From Octopus vulgaris (taxonomy: Eukaryota): a stretch of 64,000 nucleotides of DNA. The notes under the pieces were generated by a model that searched no databases, was not told the origin of the DNA, and saw only the letters and a program-made list of their open reading frames with translations. Positions 52,101 to 64,000 of the stretch are shown in pieces (within the stretch, counting starts at the first letter, position 1; every line of letters starts with the position of its first letter). The translations under genes and the position numbers were made by a program. The stretch spans positions 41,416,001 to 41,480,000 of the forward strand of contig OX597815.1 in NCBI GenBank assembly GCA_951406725.2. The letters run 5' to 3'.

Positions 52101-54119
52101 TGTAGATACTATAGAGATGCCATTAGTAATTCTTGTATATATTGTAGAGATACCACAGGTAATTCTAAGTTTTTTAGTCTTAGGTGTGATAGATTTATGT
52201 TGTTGTTCAACCTCTGTATTTCAGTTACGGCCATCTCATTTATTTTTCCGGTCAAGCAATCAGTTAAGTAGTGCATTATCCAATGTGTGCTTGGTTTGTT
52301 ATTCTGATAGATAGGGACTTGAGGGGCTACAGTTTCCATATAGAGATCTCCTTATTAGCTTGTATGTTTATGCTGAGTGATAGTTGGTTATATTTCTTTT
52401 TCAGTGTTGCTGCTAACGCAATAAAGAGTGTGTTTTGTAGGTCTTACTTTTAGTCTTCCCCCCCCCCATGTTTCTATGTGGTTGATGTAGAGCTAGAGTA
52501 GCTGTGGAGAATGATGAGAGGAAGTAACTGAGATATCATTTTCCTATGAGTGCAGGCAGGCATAGCTGTGAGAGTAAAATGCTTGTTTTATAGTTGTGCA
52601 ACTAACTCCAGTTTTGATCTTTCTGTTGCACATCACATTGAACAATAGTCTTCGATTATAGACTCGGGTTGATCAATGCTTCAAAAGTGGAATTTAGTAG
52701 CTTGAAATGATGTAGAATCCTATCCCATTGTGTATGCACGTGTATCGTTAAGAAAATTTCTAATAAACATACACATCAAACAAAATACCTTGCCAGAGTC
52801 ACACTCATTCACTCACTCTCACATACACCAAGTCTTGTTAATTGGGAAACAGTCAACCAGTGACTTATTGGCTCGTTGAAAACCTATAACTAAAGATGCT
52901 GTAGTTTATAAGAATGCCTAATATAACATTTTTTTTAAAAATCAAAAATATGTATTTATTAGGCTTGTAATTTGCAACACTGAATGTGCTGTTTTGCTTG
53001 AGAAATAATTTTGCAACCAGTAAAATAATATAGAAAAAATTCTCTTTATTTAGTATAAGTAGAACTGTTCCAGTACTATTTCTAACACATAGCAATAGAG
53101 GAATTTTTATATGACACTGAAATTTAACTGGATATTTGATACCATATTATAATGCTTTATAAAACTAACTGAAACTGGCTATCTAGACATCAGATGGATA
53201 GTTAATTCATGAAATGCCTGGTAACACACATATGCAATCTCTGATAATCCTAATAGATTTATCTGAGGGATTTACTATGTACCACTTGAGAAAGCTGGAG
53301 CAATATTTATCAGATGATAGATATACAGAAAAGAGGGCAGACCCCTAAAAGAAAATATATTTCTCATTACCCTGCAGCTGCTATTATCAATATTTCATCT
53401 GAAGATTTTATATCCTTCATGACTTATAATTATGGTACAAATTTTAAGCTCTTTTAGTTAAATTATTATTGCTCACAATTTTGTAGATTCCAGGTGTTCA
53501 GATACCAGTTTCCACACCAATTATAAATATATCCAGTGTAGCTTTGAAACTTACTGAAGGAATTGGAAGCAGATTTGAAAAGCTATATTATCTATTATAT
53601 TATATTACATTCATCATCATTTTATGACTGCATTTCCAAGCTAACATGTGTTGGAATGGGTTGTTACAGTAATTACATTAAGTTAGGTATGCTGTTGGTT
53701 TACTTTGAAGTAAACAGAAAATATTTTTCTATGCTTCAATAGCTGTTAAATTTATTCAATTATATATATATAAGGCCAGGACCTGCCAGTCTGTCTCATG
53801 CAAAAACATACATATATAGTTGTTTTCATTGATGTTACCATTATCTCCCTCTTTCTCTCCTTGTATTTATCTGTCTGTCTGTCTGTATGTATGTAGTGTC
53901 TATGTGTATGTGTGTGCATGTATGTGTATATTTGTGTGTGTGTGTGTGTGTGTGTATTCTGAAAGGAATAGACGCGTGGCTTAGTGATTAGGGTATTCAG
54001 CTCGCAATTGTATGGTCATGAGTTCAATTCCTGGTGGTGTGTTTTAATGGCGGTGCCCCAGCATGGCCACAGCTCGTGAGCTGAAACTAGATAAAATATA
54101 AAATATATAAAAATATATA

Positions 54120-54445
54120 CCTTTCAGAGATGACTGAAAAGAAATGAAGCTAGCATGCCCCATTGGATGTGCAATGTAAGTGTACATGAATGACAAAGTA
54201 CAAATGCATTGAGTGAAAAACTGGACATACAAGGAATCAAATGTAGTCTGCAAGAGAGAAAACCACTGGTATGGACATGAGCACAGCTGTATAAAAAAGT
54301 GCTGATGACTTAATATGAATGAAGCTTGCAGAAGAAATAGGCTCAGGAAGATATGGGACAAAGTGGTGAAGATTGATCTCAAGACCTTGAACCTTGTAAT
54401 GGATTTGACAAAAGATGATGATATGCAGTTCTTGATGAGGCCTAT
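54120..54445 (+). mobile_element. Old RTE ORF C-terminal remnant
   Basis: agaaatgaagctagcatgc...ctggtatggacatg homologous to 23195-23340. Confidence 0.75.
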
Positions 54446-55496
54446 CCACCTCAGCTAAACTGAAATTCTGGAAACATAGTGTGTGTGTGTGTACACAATT
54501 CCATACCACAGGATTATGTTTGTATCTTCATAGTTGGGCATATATATATTTCTTGTTCTTCATTTTTTATGATATATTCAGTTTGTAATTGCTGGTCATG
54601 TGTAAGTCCTTCACCTTCAGATATATTACAGTGTGTTATTTTTGTTGGAAAATGTATTGGTTCTTCATTTTTTTTTATCATCGTTTTTCATCTTTTTGTT
54701 ACATTCTTTTTACATATATTTTTCCTGATATTTTGAATTTGATAGTTGCTCATAATATTTCATTTTTTATATGTATGATTACATTTCTGTTGTATGTTTT
54801 CCATTATTAATGTTTGGTTAAGGATAAGCACAAATGTTACATTAAACAAAATGTTTTGCAATATTTGTTTGTTTTTCGTCCATCTTTGTAAGTTCTTAGT
54901 TCAAATGCCACCATGGTTGATTTTGCTTTGCATCCTTTCGGGATCAACAAAATAAGTACCAGTTGAACACTGAGGTCAATGTAATTGACTTAGCCCCTCC
55001 CCGAACTTGCTGACCCTGTGCTAAAATTTGAAACCAATATTTGTTCAAGCTCTTTGTGTTCTGCTTTCAAATTCCATTAAGATTAACTTTTCATTTCATC
55101 CTAAGATTGATAAAGTGCTAATCAAGTACTGGGAGTGATTTGACTATATCCCTTCTCCAAATTTCTAGCCTATTAATCCCATTAAGTTCAACTTTATATT
55201 CCATCCTACTGACATTAATAAAATGAAATAAAAAGTGGTAGTCAAGTACTTGGGATGATATATTTGACTAAATCCCTCCTGTGAAAAATTATTTTTAATA
55301 TTGGTTATATCCTTAATTTTATAGATGTGGTAAACAGTTTCACTCTATAGACATGCAACCCTATAATCTACTCATAGGAGAGGTCATGTAGGGGCTATTA
55401 TTTCCTTCCCCTGATACCTGACACTAGGCTGTAGAATCTGTTACTGCAAACACCCACCATTGCATTGTGAATGTTGTTTCATCATCTAATCAGTGA

Positions 55497-55822
55497 AGGC
55501 ACATTGCTCAGTGTTTAGAGCATTGGGCTCACAATCACGAAGTAATGAATTCAATTCTTGGACCGGGTTGTATGTTGTGTTCTTGGGCAAGACACTATTT
55601 CCAGTTCACTCAGCTGTAGAAAGGGGTTGTAACATCACTGGTGCCACACTGTATCAGCTTTTGTTTTCCTCTGGCATATCACTACTGGCATGGAGAGGAG
55701 AGGCTGGTAGGCATGGGCTACTGCTGGTCTTCCATAAACAACCTTGCCTGGACTTGTGCCTTGGAGGGTAACTTTCCATGTGCAATCCCATGGTCATTCA
55801 TGACCAAAGGGGCTCTTTTGCC
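55497..55822 (+). mobile_element. CORE-like SINE (family C) with 14-bp TSD
   Basis: TSD catctaatcagtga at 55483-55496 and 55823-55836. Confidence 0.92.
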
Positions 55823-57039
55823 CATCTAATCAGTGACTCCTTGTCTCTACAAAAGTGTAGGTTTAAACATATGCCCCCAAAAATCTTTGGTTATATTCTT
55901 GGTTTTTTCATCTGAGATTTTACTCATGGGTTTGCCACTTTAGTTATGTTGTTCTTCATAGTTTATCATTCTTTGAAATAAATTCTACTTAATTTGCTGT
56001 TGCCATTGATCCTCTCTGAATATTGTTAAATATTTGTAACAATTCATTGACTATGCTCTTGTTGTTTTTAATCTTTAGTCATATTTTCCTTTGTTTTTTA
56101 TATTCAATTCTTGAGCTGTGTTGTTTGTTTTCTTTCTTCTATATTTAATATTATATTGATCTTATTTTTGAGATTAATATCCTTGTCTATAGAGATTTTA
56201 TTTTGGTGTTTTCATTTGCTATATTCATTTTTCATAAAATTTGTTCCATTTTCATATGTGGGAATATTTTTTTTACTATATCTTATGTACATTCTTCATT
56301 TTTTTTTCATATTGTTTGCTATTCATCTTTAGCAATATACTCAGTTCCTCATGTTTTGTCGTAGCCTTAGATCTTCATCTTTGGTTATATTGCTGGATGT
56401 TAATCTTTGGTTATATTCTTGGCCATTTGGGGTTGCTTTTAGGCTTTTTTTTACTTACATTGTTGGTGTTGGTTCTTTTCCTTCAATTTTGGTAAAAAAA
56501 ATATTGATTTACTACTTTAGGTATATTATTGGTTCTTAACCATATGTAATATCGTTGGTTCTTCATTCTACATTTTTGATGTTTTTTTACATTCTTTGTC
56601 CTTAATTTTTGTTTATATAGTTTGTTCCTTATGTTACAATCTTAATTTCATACATGTGATAGAAATAACATTGTGAAGTAGTTTTATTTTAAAACTTACT
56701 GTACATAACATTTTTTGTTGTTCTTTCTTCCTGTGATATGAATATATTCAAACCTGAACTAACTTGACCCTAAAAAAAAGGCAACATCTAGTTGACCGTG
56801 TGAGAATACTTACTGATTCAAATAAATAAAGTGCAATTTTTTCAAATCTCTGCCTTTGTGAATTATGGATTGTTACTGTCACTGTTTATTTGATAGGGAA
56901 CTATTATCTTATTAATGTGAAGGGAAATTCTTCACCTCCAGAAGGAAGATAGACTCTTGGAATAAACAGGATTTTCTTGTGACAAGGATCATGAGTTAGA
57001 AGTTGTACCTTAATGACTTCACTTCAAATTTCTTGAACA

Positions 57040-57382
57040 GGCACAGCCGTGTGATAAGAAGTTTGCTTCTGAATTTCATGGTTCTGGGTTCAGCCCCCAC
57101 AGTATGGAACCTCAGGCAGTGCCTTGTGAGTGGATTTGGTTAATGGAAACTGAAAGAAGCTAATCATATGTGTGTGTGATTGTATTTGTCCCGCACCATT
57201 GATTGACTATTGGTATTGGCTTATTTGTGTCTTAGTAACTTAGTAGTTTGGAAAAAGAAAGTGATAGTATAAGTACCAGGCTTAAAAAAAAAAGTACTGG
57301 GGTCGATGTGTTTAACTGGACCCTTCAAGGTGGTGCCCCAGCATGGTTGCAGTCCAATGACTGAAACAAGTAAAAGATAAAA
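57040..57382 (+). mobile_element. SINE family D
   Basis: ccttgtgagtggatttggttaatggaaactgaaagaagc...gactgaaacaagtaaaagat. Confidence 0.85.
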
Positions 57383-58315
57383 GAACTAAATGGGGACTAT
57401 TACACATCCCGTTGTATAGAGTAAAATGAAAGTCTTGAATCTGTGTGGTGGCAATCATTATACATTGTGCTTAAATACTTGGAAGTAAATTTAGAAAAGT
57501 TGTTCTGATGTAAGCATTTATCATGATTACACAGTTATATTTGATCTCCTGAAAACTGTTTCAATAACTTGCTATTGGATTTTTTTTTACTTAAGCTAAA
57601 AAGCAATAAGTTTTAGAAAATAATGACACATAAAAAGGCACCCATGCTGGCAACACATATAGAGGCATTGGTACACTCTCTGGAGTGGCTGGCATTAGGA
57701 AAGCATGCAGCAGTAGTAACTAAGTCAAACAGACTGCTGCAGCTCTCTGGCTTACCAGTTCTAGTCAAACCATTTAACTCATGTCAGCTTGGAAAATGGA
57801 TGCTAAATGATGATAATGATTAGCACTGGAGTTGATGCAATTAACTAACCCCTTCCTCCCCGGCAAAATTTTTGGTCCTTGTGTTTATGATAGAAAGAAA
57901 TATAAAGTATTTTTGAGAATAACTGAGCAATTACTGGTGGTATAACTCGATACTAAGAATAATCAAATTTATTGTGAACATCAGCTTTACTGAGACTTCA
58001 TAATAAAACTGGTGTTGGCAATTTTTTGCTATATCTAATTATAGCTAATATTTGTTTAAAATCCCCACTAAAGACTACAACTTTTTCTTCAAAAGAGATG
58101 TATTCAAATTTTGGATCTACACTTTTTTTTGTAAGATCTCTCAATTTCCTATCCAGTTATTTCCGAAAGGAAGTAATTAAACATAGTTAACTCATCCCAA
58201 ATAATGACCTTAAAACAATGAGACATAGGTAATTCGTTCTATATAATGACATTAAGCTAGAATGATATAAAGAGGTTTTTTACTCTGTATTGAGATACTG
58301 CAAATTGTACAATAA

Positions 58316-58828
58316 CCGTAAATCCTTGAGTATAGTCCGCCCTTGAGTTTAATACACAGGGGATTTTTAGGGGGCTGTACCTCTGAAAAACCTAAACCTT
58401 GTGTATAATACGCACCCCTTCTCTAACTTGAGTAAAGGAGGTCTATATAACACCTTGGTTTGTAAACATGTATATGGTGACGTCCTTTATTATTATTATA
58501 TATATAACATAATGCAAATGTGTAGCTTTTTGTGCATTTTGTTTGCAGAAAATAAAGAAATAACAGTAATAACATTTAATAAATGTTGCTTACTGCAAGT
58601 TATGGATGATTCCTTTATGACTTCATTGCTTTCAGGCTTAGCTTAAGGTATTTTCGCGCCTGACATCACAAAATGCGTCTGAATAAACATAGCCAGACAG
58701 CAAATAGAGACTTGGACATTGCTTAGAAAATGATTTTCATTTTTAACGTCGTATATAGTACACTCTAGGGATTTAGACCTTTAAATTTTGGGGGGGAAAA
58801 AATGCGGATTATACTCAAGGATTTACAG
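58316..58828. mobile_element. Tc1/mariner pogo-type non-autonomous element, 513 bp
   Basis: TIRs CCGTAAATCCTTGAGTATAGTCCGC / GCGGATTATACTCAAGGATTTACAG|TA. Confidence 0.9.
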
Positions 58829-59029
58829 TAAAAATAGATTGAATGGAAGGATTAATACAGAATCAAAAGTAGGAAGGTAGCTACAGCAGGCAAGGCACTT
58901 GTTATTGCAATGTTTACTTCTTTACAAACACTGAACAATATTATATTGAACTGTTTTACTAGTTCCATCAATAAGATTAACATTAGATGTTGGTAAGACT
59001 TAATAATCAGTACCTTGATTTAAAGCAGT

Positions 59030-59215
59030 ATGCTGGGCAAAACGCTTAGCAACATGTCATCCTTCTTTATGTTCTGAGTTCAAATTTCACCAAGGTTGAC
59101 TTTGCTTTTCATTTTTCTGGGGTTGATAAAATAAGTACCAGTTGAACATTGGGATCGATGTAATTGATTTTCTCCTCCCCTAAAACTGTTGGTCTTGTAC
59201 CAATATTTGAAACCA
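59030..59215 (+). mobile_element. SINE family M
   Basis: gagttcaaatttcaccaaggttgactttgcttttcat...gataaaataagtaccagttg. Confidence 0.85.
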
Positions 59216-59589
59216 ATTGGCACCTTGATTGTTAACATGAATTGTTTGTTCTGTTTCTTGGAAAGCTACCTGTTGATCTATAATTAATTAGCAAACATTT
59301 TAATTAAATAAAAATTCATTTGTTCAATTCTCTTTGAAACTTCAAAGTTCTTGTAGAATTAACCATCCATTTTCTGTTCTGATGTTCATACGAGCCATGT
59401 TAGGTATTATTAAGAGTGGAGGATAATTTAAAGTGAATTCTTTTTCTCATGAGATCAAGATTTTTTTCCTCTTGTATGTTGACATATGGAACTAGTAATT
59501 TCACTTACTCTTTAATTGATTCATTTCATGTGAAAGTTTGTTTTTCATATGCTGTAAATAATTTCTCAGGTTCTGCAAGGCTGCAGTAA

Positions 59590-62160
59590 AGAGGAAGGAA
59601 TGTCTGGTAATATGCACTGTCATCCTCTGCTAAATCCATTGTTATTGCGACTTCTTTGTATGTAGCACAAACTTCTACCATCAACAGTCACAAATGTAGA
59701 AATGGGAAAGTTCTTTGAGTGTGATGTAACAAGGCTCTGGCTGACATTCACCTAATCTTCTGGGAAACAAATCTTCAGTGAAATAATGGATATCAAACAA
59801 TATAGCTTAAAGCCTCAACATTTTCCTTGCTGCTTCAGATGCTGACACAGCAAACTTTAATGTTATGCTTAATTTCATGTCTTAGCTTTTTGTTCTTGGG
59901 TATTGGTTTCTCTTGTTATTATAGTTACTATTACATAATTATAACCTTTATGGTTATATTTACCAACAATTGCTTATACTTCTACATTAAAAAAAAATCA
60001 TTCAAAAACTACTGACCAATGATCCAAGTCGACATTTGATTTTTTTTTATTCCATGATATGGCTGTTGAGTTCCCAAGTATTTTCATCCTCCAATCCAGT
60101 TGATATGATGTGTCACAAATGTTGGTGTCAAAAAAACAATATCCCAAATATCTTTAGGATATTGTTCTTAACACTTAACTTCAACCATTGGTGGCACATT
60201 TGGGTTAGTATTACCATATGGACCATATTCCATACTTTTGGTAGCATTTTGAAATTATCTCACATGCATTTGTAGATTCACTACTTCTGCAGAATCAGTA
60301 ATATTCAACTGGATACTATTTACAATCCTATTTTTGTTCTACTTCTCTATTTTCCAATATTTTAAAATCCTTCAGTTTCAAAAATTAAACAGGGTCTATC
60401 AGTTAGTTTGCTTTGTACGCAGTTCATTAAATCTGAATTCCATTTGAAAATATAAATGCCAAAAAAGTAATGTTTATTCCTATTTTTTGTCAATTTGCTA
60501 TAATATATTTATTGCATCTATTGTGAGCTTTGTATGAAAGTTGGGTGTATCACTATTCTTTTACTAATATTCATAATTTCAGTTCATGTAATCATTAATA
60601 GTTTCTTAATAATAAATAAAATAATCTGTGTAGTGAAAATAATGAAAATCATTTTCATATAACATAAACCTATATTTTGTAATATATTTATCTAACTAAA
60701 GTTTTTCTTGCATTGCAGTTTGTTATTACAACCTTTTCCATCTTCTTTGGCTAACTTGAAATATTGGGGGAAATTGTACTAGATCATTATTTAAAATATA
60801 GTTACTTGAAATCTCTCTTACAACACCCCCATTTATGTAGCCTCCTACGTTATTCTAGCTGTAGAGTTTTAAAATTAGAATCTGGCTTAATGACTGCCAC
60901 TTCTACAATTAGCCAAGTGTATCTTCTGATATCAAATCTTGGAACCTCTTTGTTTTCAGAAATAAATAACCTTTGAAAATTCTTGAGTATTAAATTTCCA
61001 AGTATCTTGAATAGAGCTACTAACTCTTATCTAGTGGCATCATCCTTATATGAAATGATCCCATGATATGGCTGTTGAGTTTCTGAGTATTTTCATCTTC
61101 CAGTCTAGTTGATATGATGTATCACAAATAGTTATTTGAATAAATATCAGTTTTTTAGATCTTTAGTACTAAATTTGGAGCTAATTTGATGTGTCTTATT
61201 TTCTGGATTTACACATTATTTCTATTTTAGTTATGCTATCATCAATAGTACTAACTAGATGCAAGCTGGGGCTTGATTGACTCCAGCTGGATCATCTGGG
61301 TGAGGGTGTCTGATGTTAAAAGACCTGAAACACCTAATGACCAGGAAACATGATTGATCTGTCCAGAAGCATCACAGGCTGATGTATCAAAAAACTCATT
61401 CTCTTTAGTACCTGAGAATGTAAAAGTTAAAGCTGAGTTATAAACCCTAATATGAAACCTGAAGTTAATACCCTTTGCACTATATCTTAAAAATTCCTTC
61501 AGTTCTGTAGGTGGATCAAAAATAGATGATAATTTCACCTGTTAATTACCATAACACAAATTAAAGATTTGTTTTTGAGCTGATTTTATACCATAGTTTG
61601 AACATTTAGCATTTATCTCCTCCACATAGTTTGTGTTTTTGCTTCAGTTTCATCAATTGTAAAATTCGGCGAGCTGGCAGAAATGTTAGCATGCCGGGCG
61701 AAATGCGCAGACGTATTTCGTCTGTCGTTACGTTGTGAGTTCAAATTCCACCGAGGTCGACTTTGCCTTTCATCCTTTCGGGGTCGATAAATTAAGTACC
61801 AGTTATGCACTGGGTCGATGTAATCGACTTAATACCTATGTCTGTCCTTGTTTGTCCCTTCTATGTTTAGCCCCTTGTGGGTAAGAAAGAAATGTGTAAA
61901 ATTTCATCAATTTCATCAACATTGTAAAACTGTTTCTGTAGTTTTCTTTTCCCAGACATCCTTTACTTCCCTTGTTTAAATGGTTTGCTGTTCTCTTCCA
62001 ATAGCTCTTCTCTCTGTTATTTCTTCTGTGATATTCACTCTCTAGTTTCCCATGCCTTTGCATCAGACACTCGCCTTATCTTCTGTCATTTTTCTATTAC
62101 TTCCTTCGGACTTTTATAAGTTACAACAGATGTTTCTCTTTCAATTCGTATGACATGCTA
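59590..62160 (-). mobile_element. Heavily decayed autonomous Helitron (RepHel) remnant
   Basis: Ordered minus-strand blocks: QVKLSSIFDPPTELKEFL...FRFHIRVYNSALTFT (61390-61540); KVIISENKE..RRYT..EVAVI (~60890-60975); YGPYGNTNPN (~60200); RALLHH..TVDG..CATYKE...LAEDD (59600-59740). Confidence 0.8.
61667..61894 (+). mobile_element. Full-length family M SINE inserted in the Helitron
   Basis: 9-bp TSD tgtaaaatt (61658-66, 61895-903); many intact CpGs. Confidence 0.93.
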
Positions 62161-62567
62161 TTTCATTGTTTAACATTTGTTGTATTGTCCCACTGTAACA
62201 CTTTATTTGTGTACATTTACATATATTAAAATAAATTTATGAAATGGATATGTCTGAAAGTGAAGTCAAAATACTAGGTTTATTAAAAAAAAAATGTTTA
62301 GAACATATGCAGATGCATGTATACACATGTCACATACACATAGTTGCAGACACACATGCATACACATAGTTGCAGACACACATGCATACACATTTACATG
62401 CACACAGTTATATGTGCATATGGTCACACTTACATATACACAATTGCATATTCTCTCCCTTTCTTACACACACACACACACATTATAAACTATGGAAAAT
62501 GAGTTATCAGTATGAATAATTGCAATATGTGAAACTGAAATCTTTGGCTTTTACATGAAAACAGTTA

Positions 62568-62695
62568 CCGTAAATCCTTGAGTATAGTCTGCCCTTGAGT
62601 ATAATAAGCAGGGGATTTTTATGGGGCTGTACCTCTGAAAAACCTAAACCTTCTGTATAATAAGCACCCCTCGGATTATACTCGAGGATTTACGG
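62568..62695. mobile_element. 128-bp MITE, deletion derivative of the 58316 family
   Basis: TA|CCGTAAATCCTTGAGTATAGTC...GATTATACTCGAGGATTTACGG|TA. Confidence 0.92.
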
Positions 62696-64000
62696 TATAT
62701 AATTAAAAAAATTGAAACTAAACTTAAAATACAAAAGTTCCTTAGTGTGAAATTTGGTCCTTAACTTTGAAGTCAGTGACAAATAATAAGATATACTCAG
62801 ACTGTGACAACCTGTCCAATCTATACCAATATAGAAAGTGGATATAAAAGGATAGGTCTGAAAGGTAACTTTAAATACAAACATACATATTTCAAACAAA
62901 ATTTATGAAATGGAGAGCTATGAGGAGTGATGCCAATATTATCAATTGCAATATAAAAAATTGAAAGGTTAAAGTGTAACTTTTAAAGCTGAAATCTTTG
63001 CTTTGATTGAAAACTGTTCTTGTGTGTTTATATAAGAAATTAAGAAATGCTTGTATGCTAAACAGGCATTTAAAAATTTTTCTAAATTGATACACTCATA
63101 CACACATATATTTAGAATATACTAGAAAAGTAGAAATTATGTGTACAAAAGATGTATGACTGCTGCTGTTATGTTTACAACTCCACACTGATTATCATAA
63201 TCCAGTCTGCTTCCTGTATGGTTGTTAAGTAACTTCTATACTGAGTAGTATTACTAGTTATGAAGTACAGAGCAAATGCATACATAATATATATATAGAT
63301 ATATATTATAAAACCTGAAAGGAAATATTGAAAATTATAGATTGGCAAATGGAAAGCTAAAAGCATTTATTTGAGAAAAGTATCTGAAAGAAAACTGGGA
63401 ATAAAAAAAAGTACTTTTATGAAAAGAAAATTATGAAATGGATATATGAAAAAAATATATATAAAAAGATCAGAAATTGATGGAAGCTTCTAGTGTGTTT
63501 GCTTCAGGAAATCACTGATAGCCTGTGTCCTCATGTATTTGAGAGGAAATAGCTAAAGCAGAACTTGAAGTGAGTTCATCAAAATACATCACACACATGC
63601 ATAACCACACACATACACTTATATCTGCAAGTAAGAAATCTTCTGTGTCATCAGAATTGTGGAATTCATGTTCGTGGTCGTTGAACTTCTGGTGACATGC
63701 GCACACACACAAAAAAATCAGTCTCACACATGCACCTATGACATCAGTTCCAGTCTATTAACATGATCAAGATTTACATTTGTTGAGCCTTGGAGTCACA
63801 AACATTATTTGTATTAATTGTATTTTGTACATGAATTGTATATTTGTAATGTATCCTTTTGCTCTTTTACACCGGTTGTTGGACAGTGGCCATGTTAGAA
63901 CACCACCTTGTGAAGTTAGATATACAAATTGATGCTAGTACTTACCCTAAGTCTTATTCTATCACTTTCTTTTGCTAAACCATTAAGTTATGGGTGACAT

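Noticed and set aside
50446-53620. Several plus-strand acceptor-like sites (~50446, ~51121, ~53378, ~53494)
   Set aside because: No matching strong donors or recognisable peptides; expected by chance in T-rich sequence.
59570-59606. Plus-strand micro-exon candidate VLQGCSKEEGMS
   Set aside because: Lies antisense at the edge of the Helitron remnant and has a weak donor.

Overview
AT-rich, repeat-dense eukaryotic DNA. The tRNA-derived SINEs, RTE LINEs with (GAT)n tails and kilobase (TA)n/(TG)n arrays look like a coleoid cephalopod such as Octopus (inference, not verified). No host protein-coding exon is identifiable; the long Y/I/M/C/H ORFs are microsatellite translations. The window holds two RTE reverse-transcriptase copies, many RTE 3' ends, four SINE families, decayed Helitron RepHel fragments, one intact non-autonomous Helitron, hAT, piggyBac-type and pogo-type MITEs, and CR1-group, hATm-like and probable Mutator remnants. 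The best unexplained signal is a near-canonical type I hammerhead ribozyme (20589-20679) in a 160-bp island inside a (TA)n array, with related hammerhead half-motif islands elsewhere. Also notable: two long foldback palindromes (35918-36279, 46422-46645), a 1.5-kb head-to-head LTR-like inverted pair (715-2185) and a PHD-finger-like module inside the RTE RT. Family assignments come from recalled motifs, not database searches; boundaries of degenerate elements are approximate.
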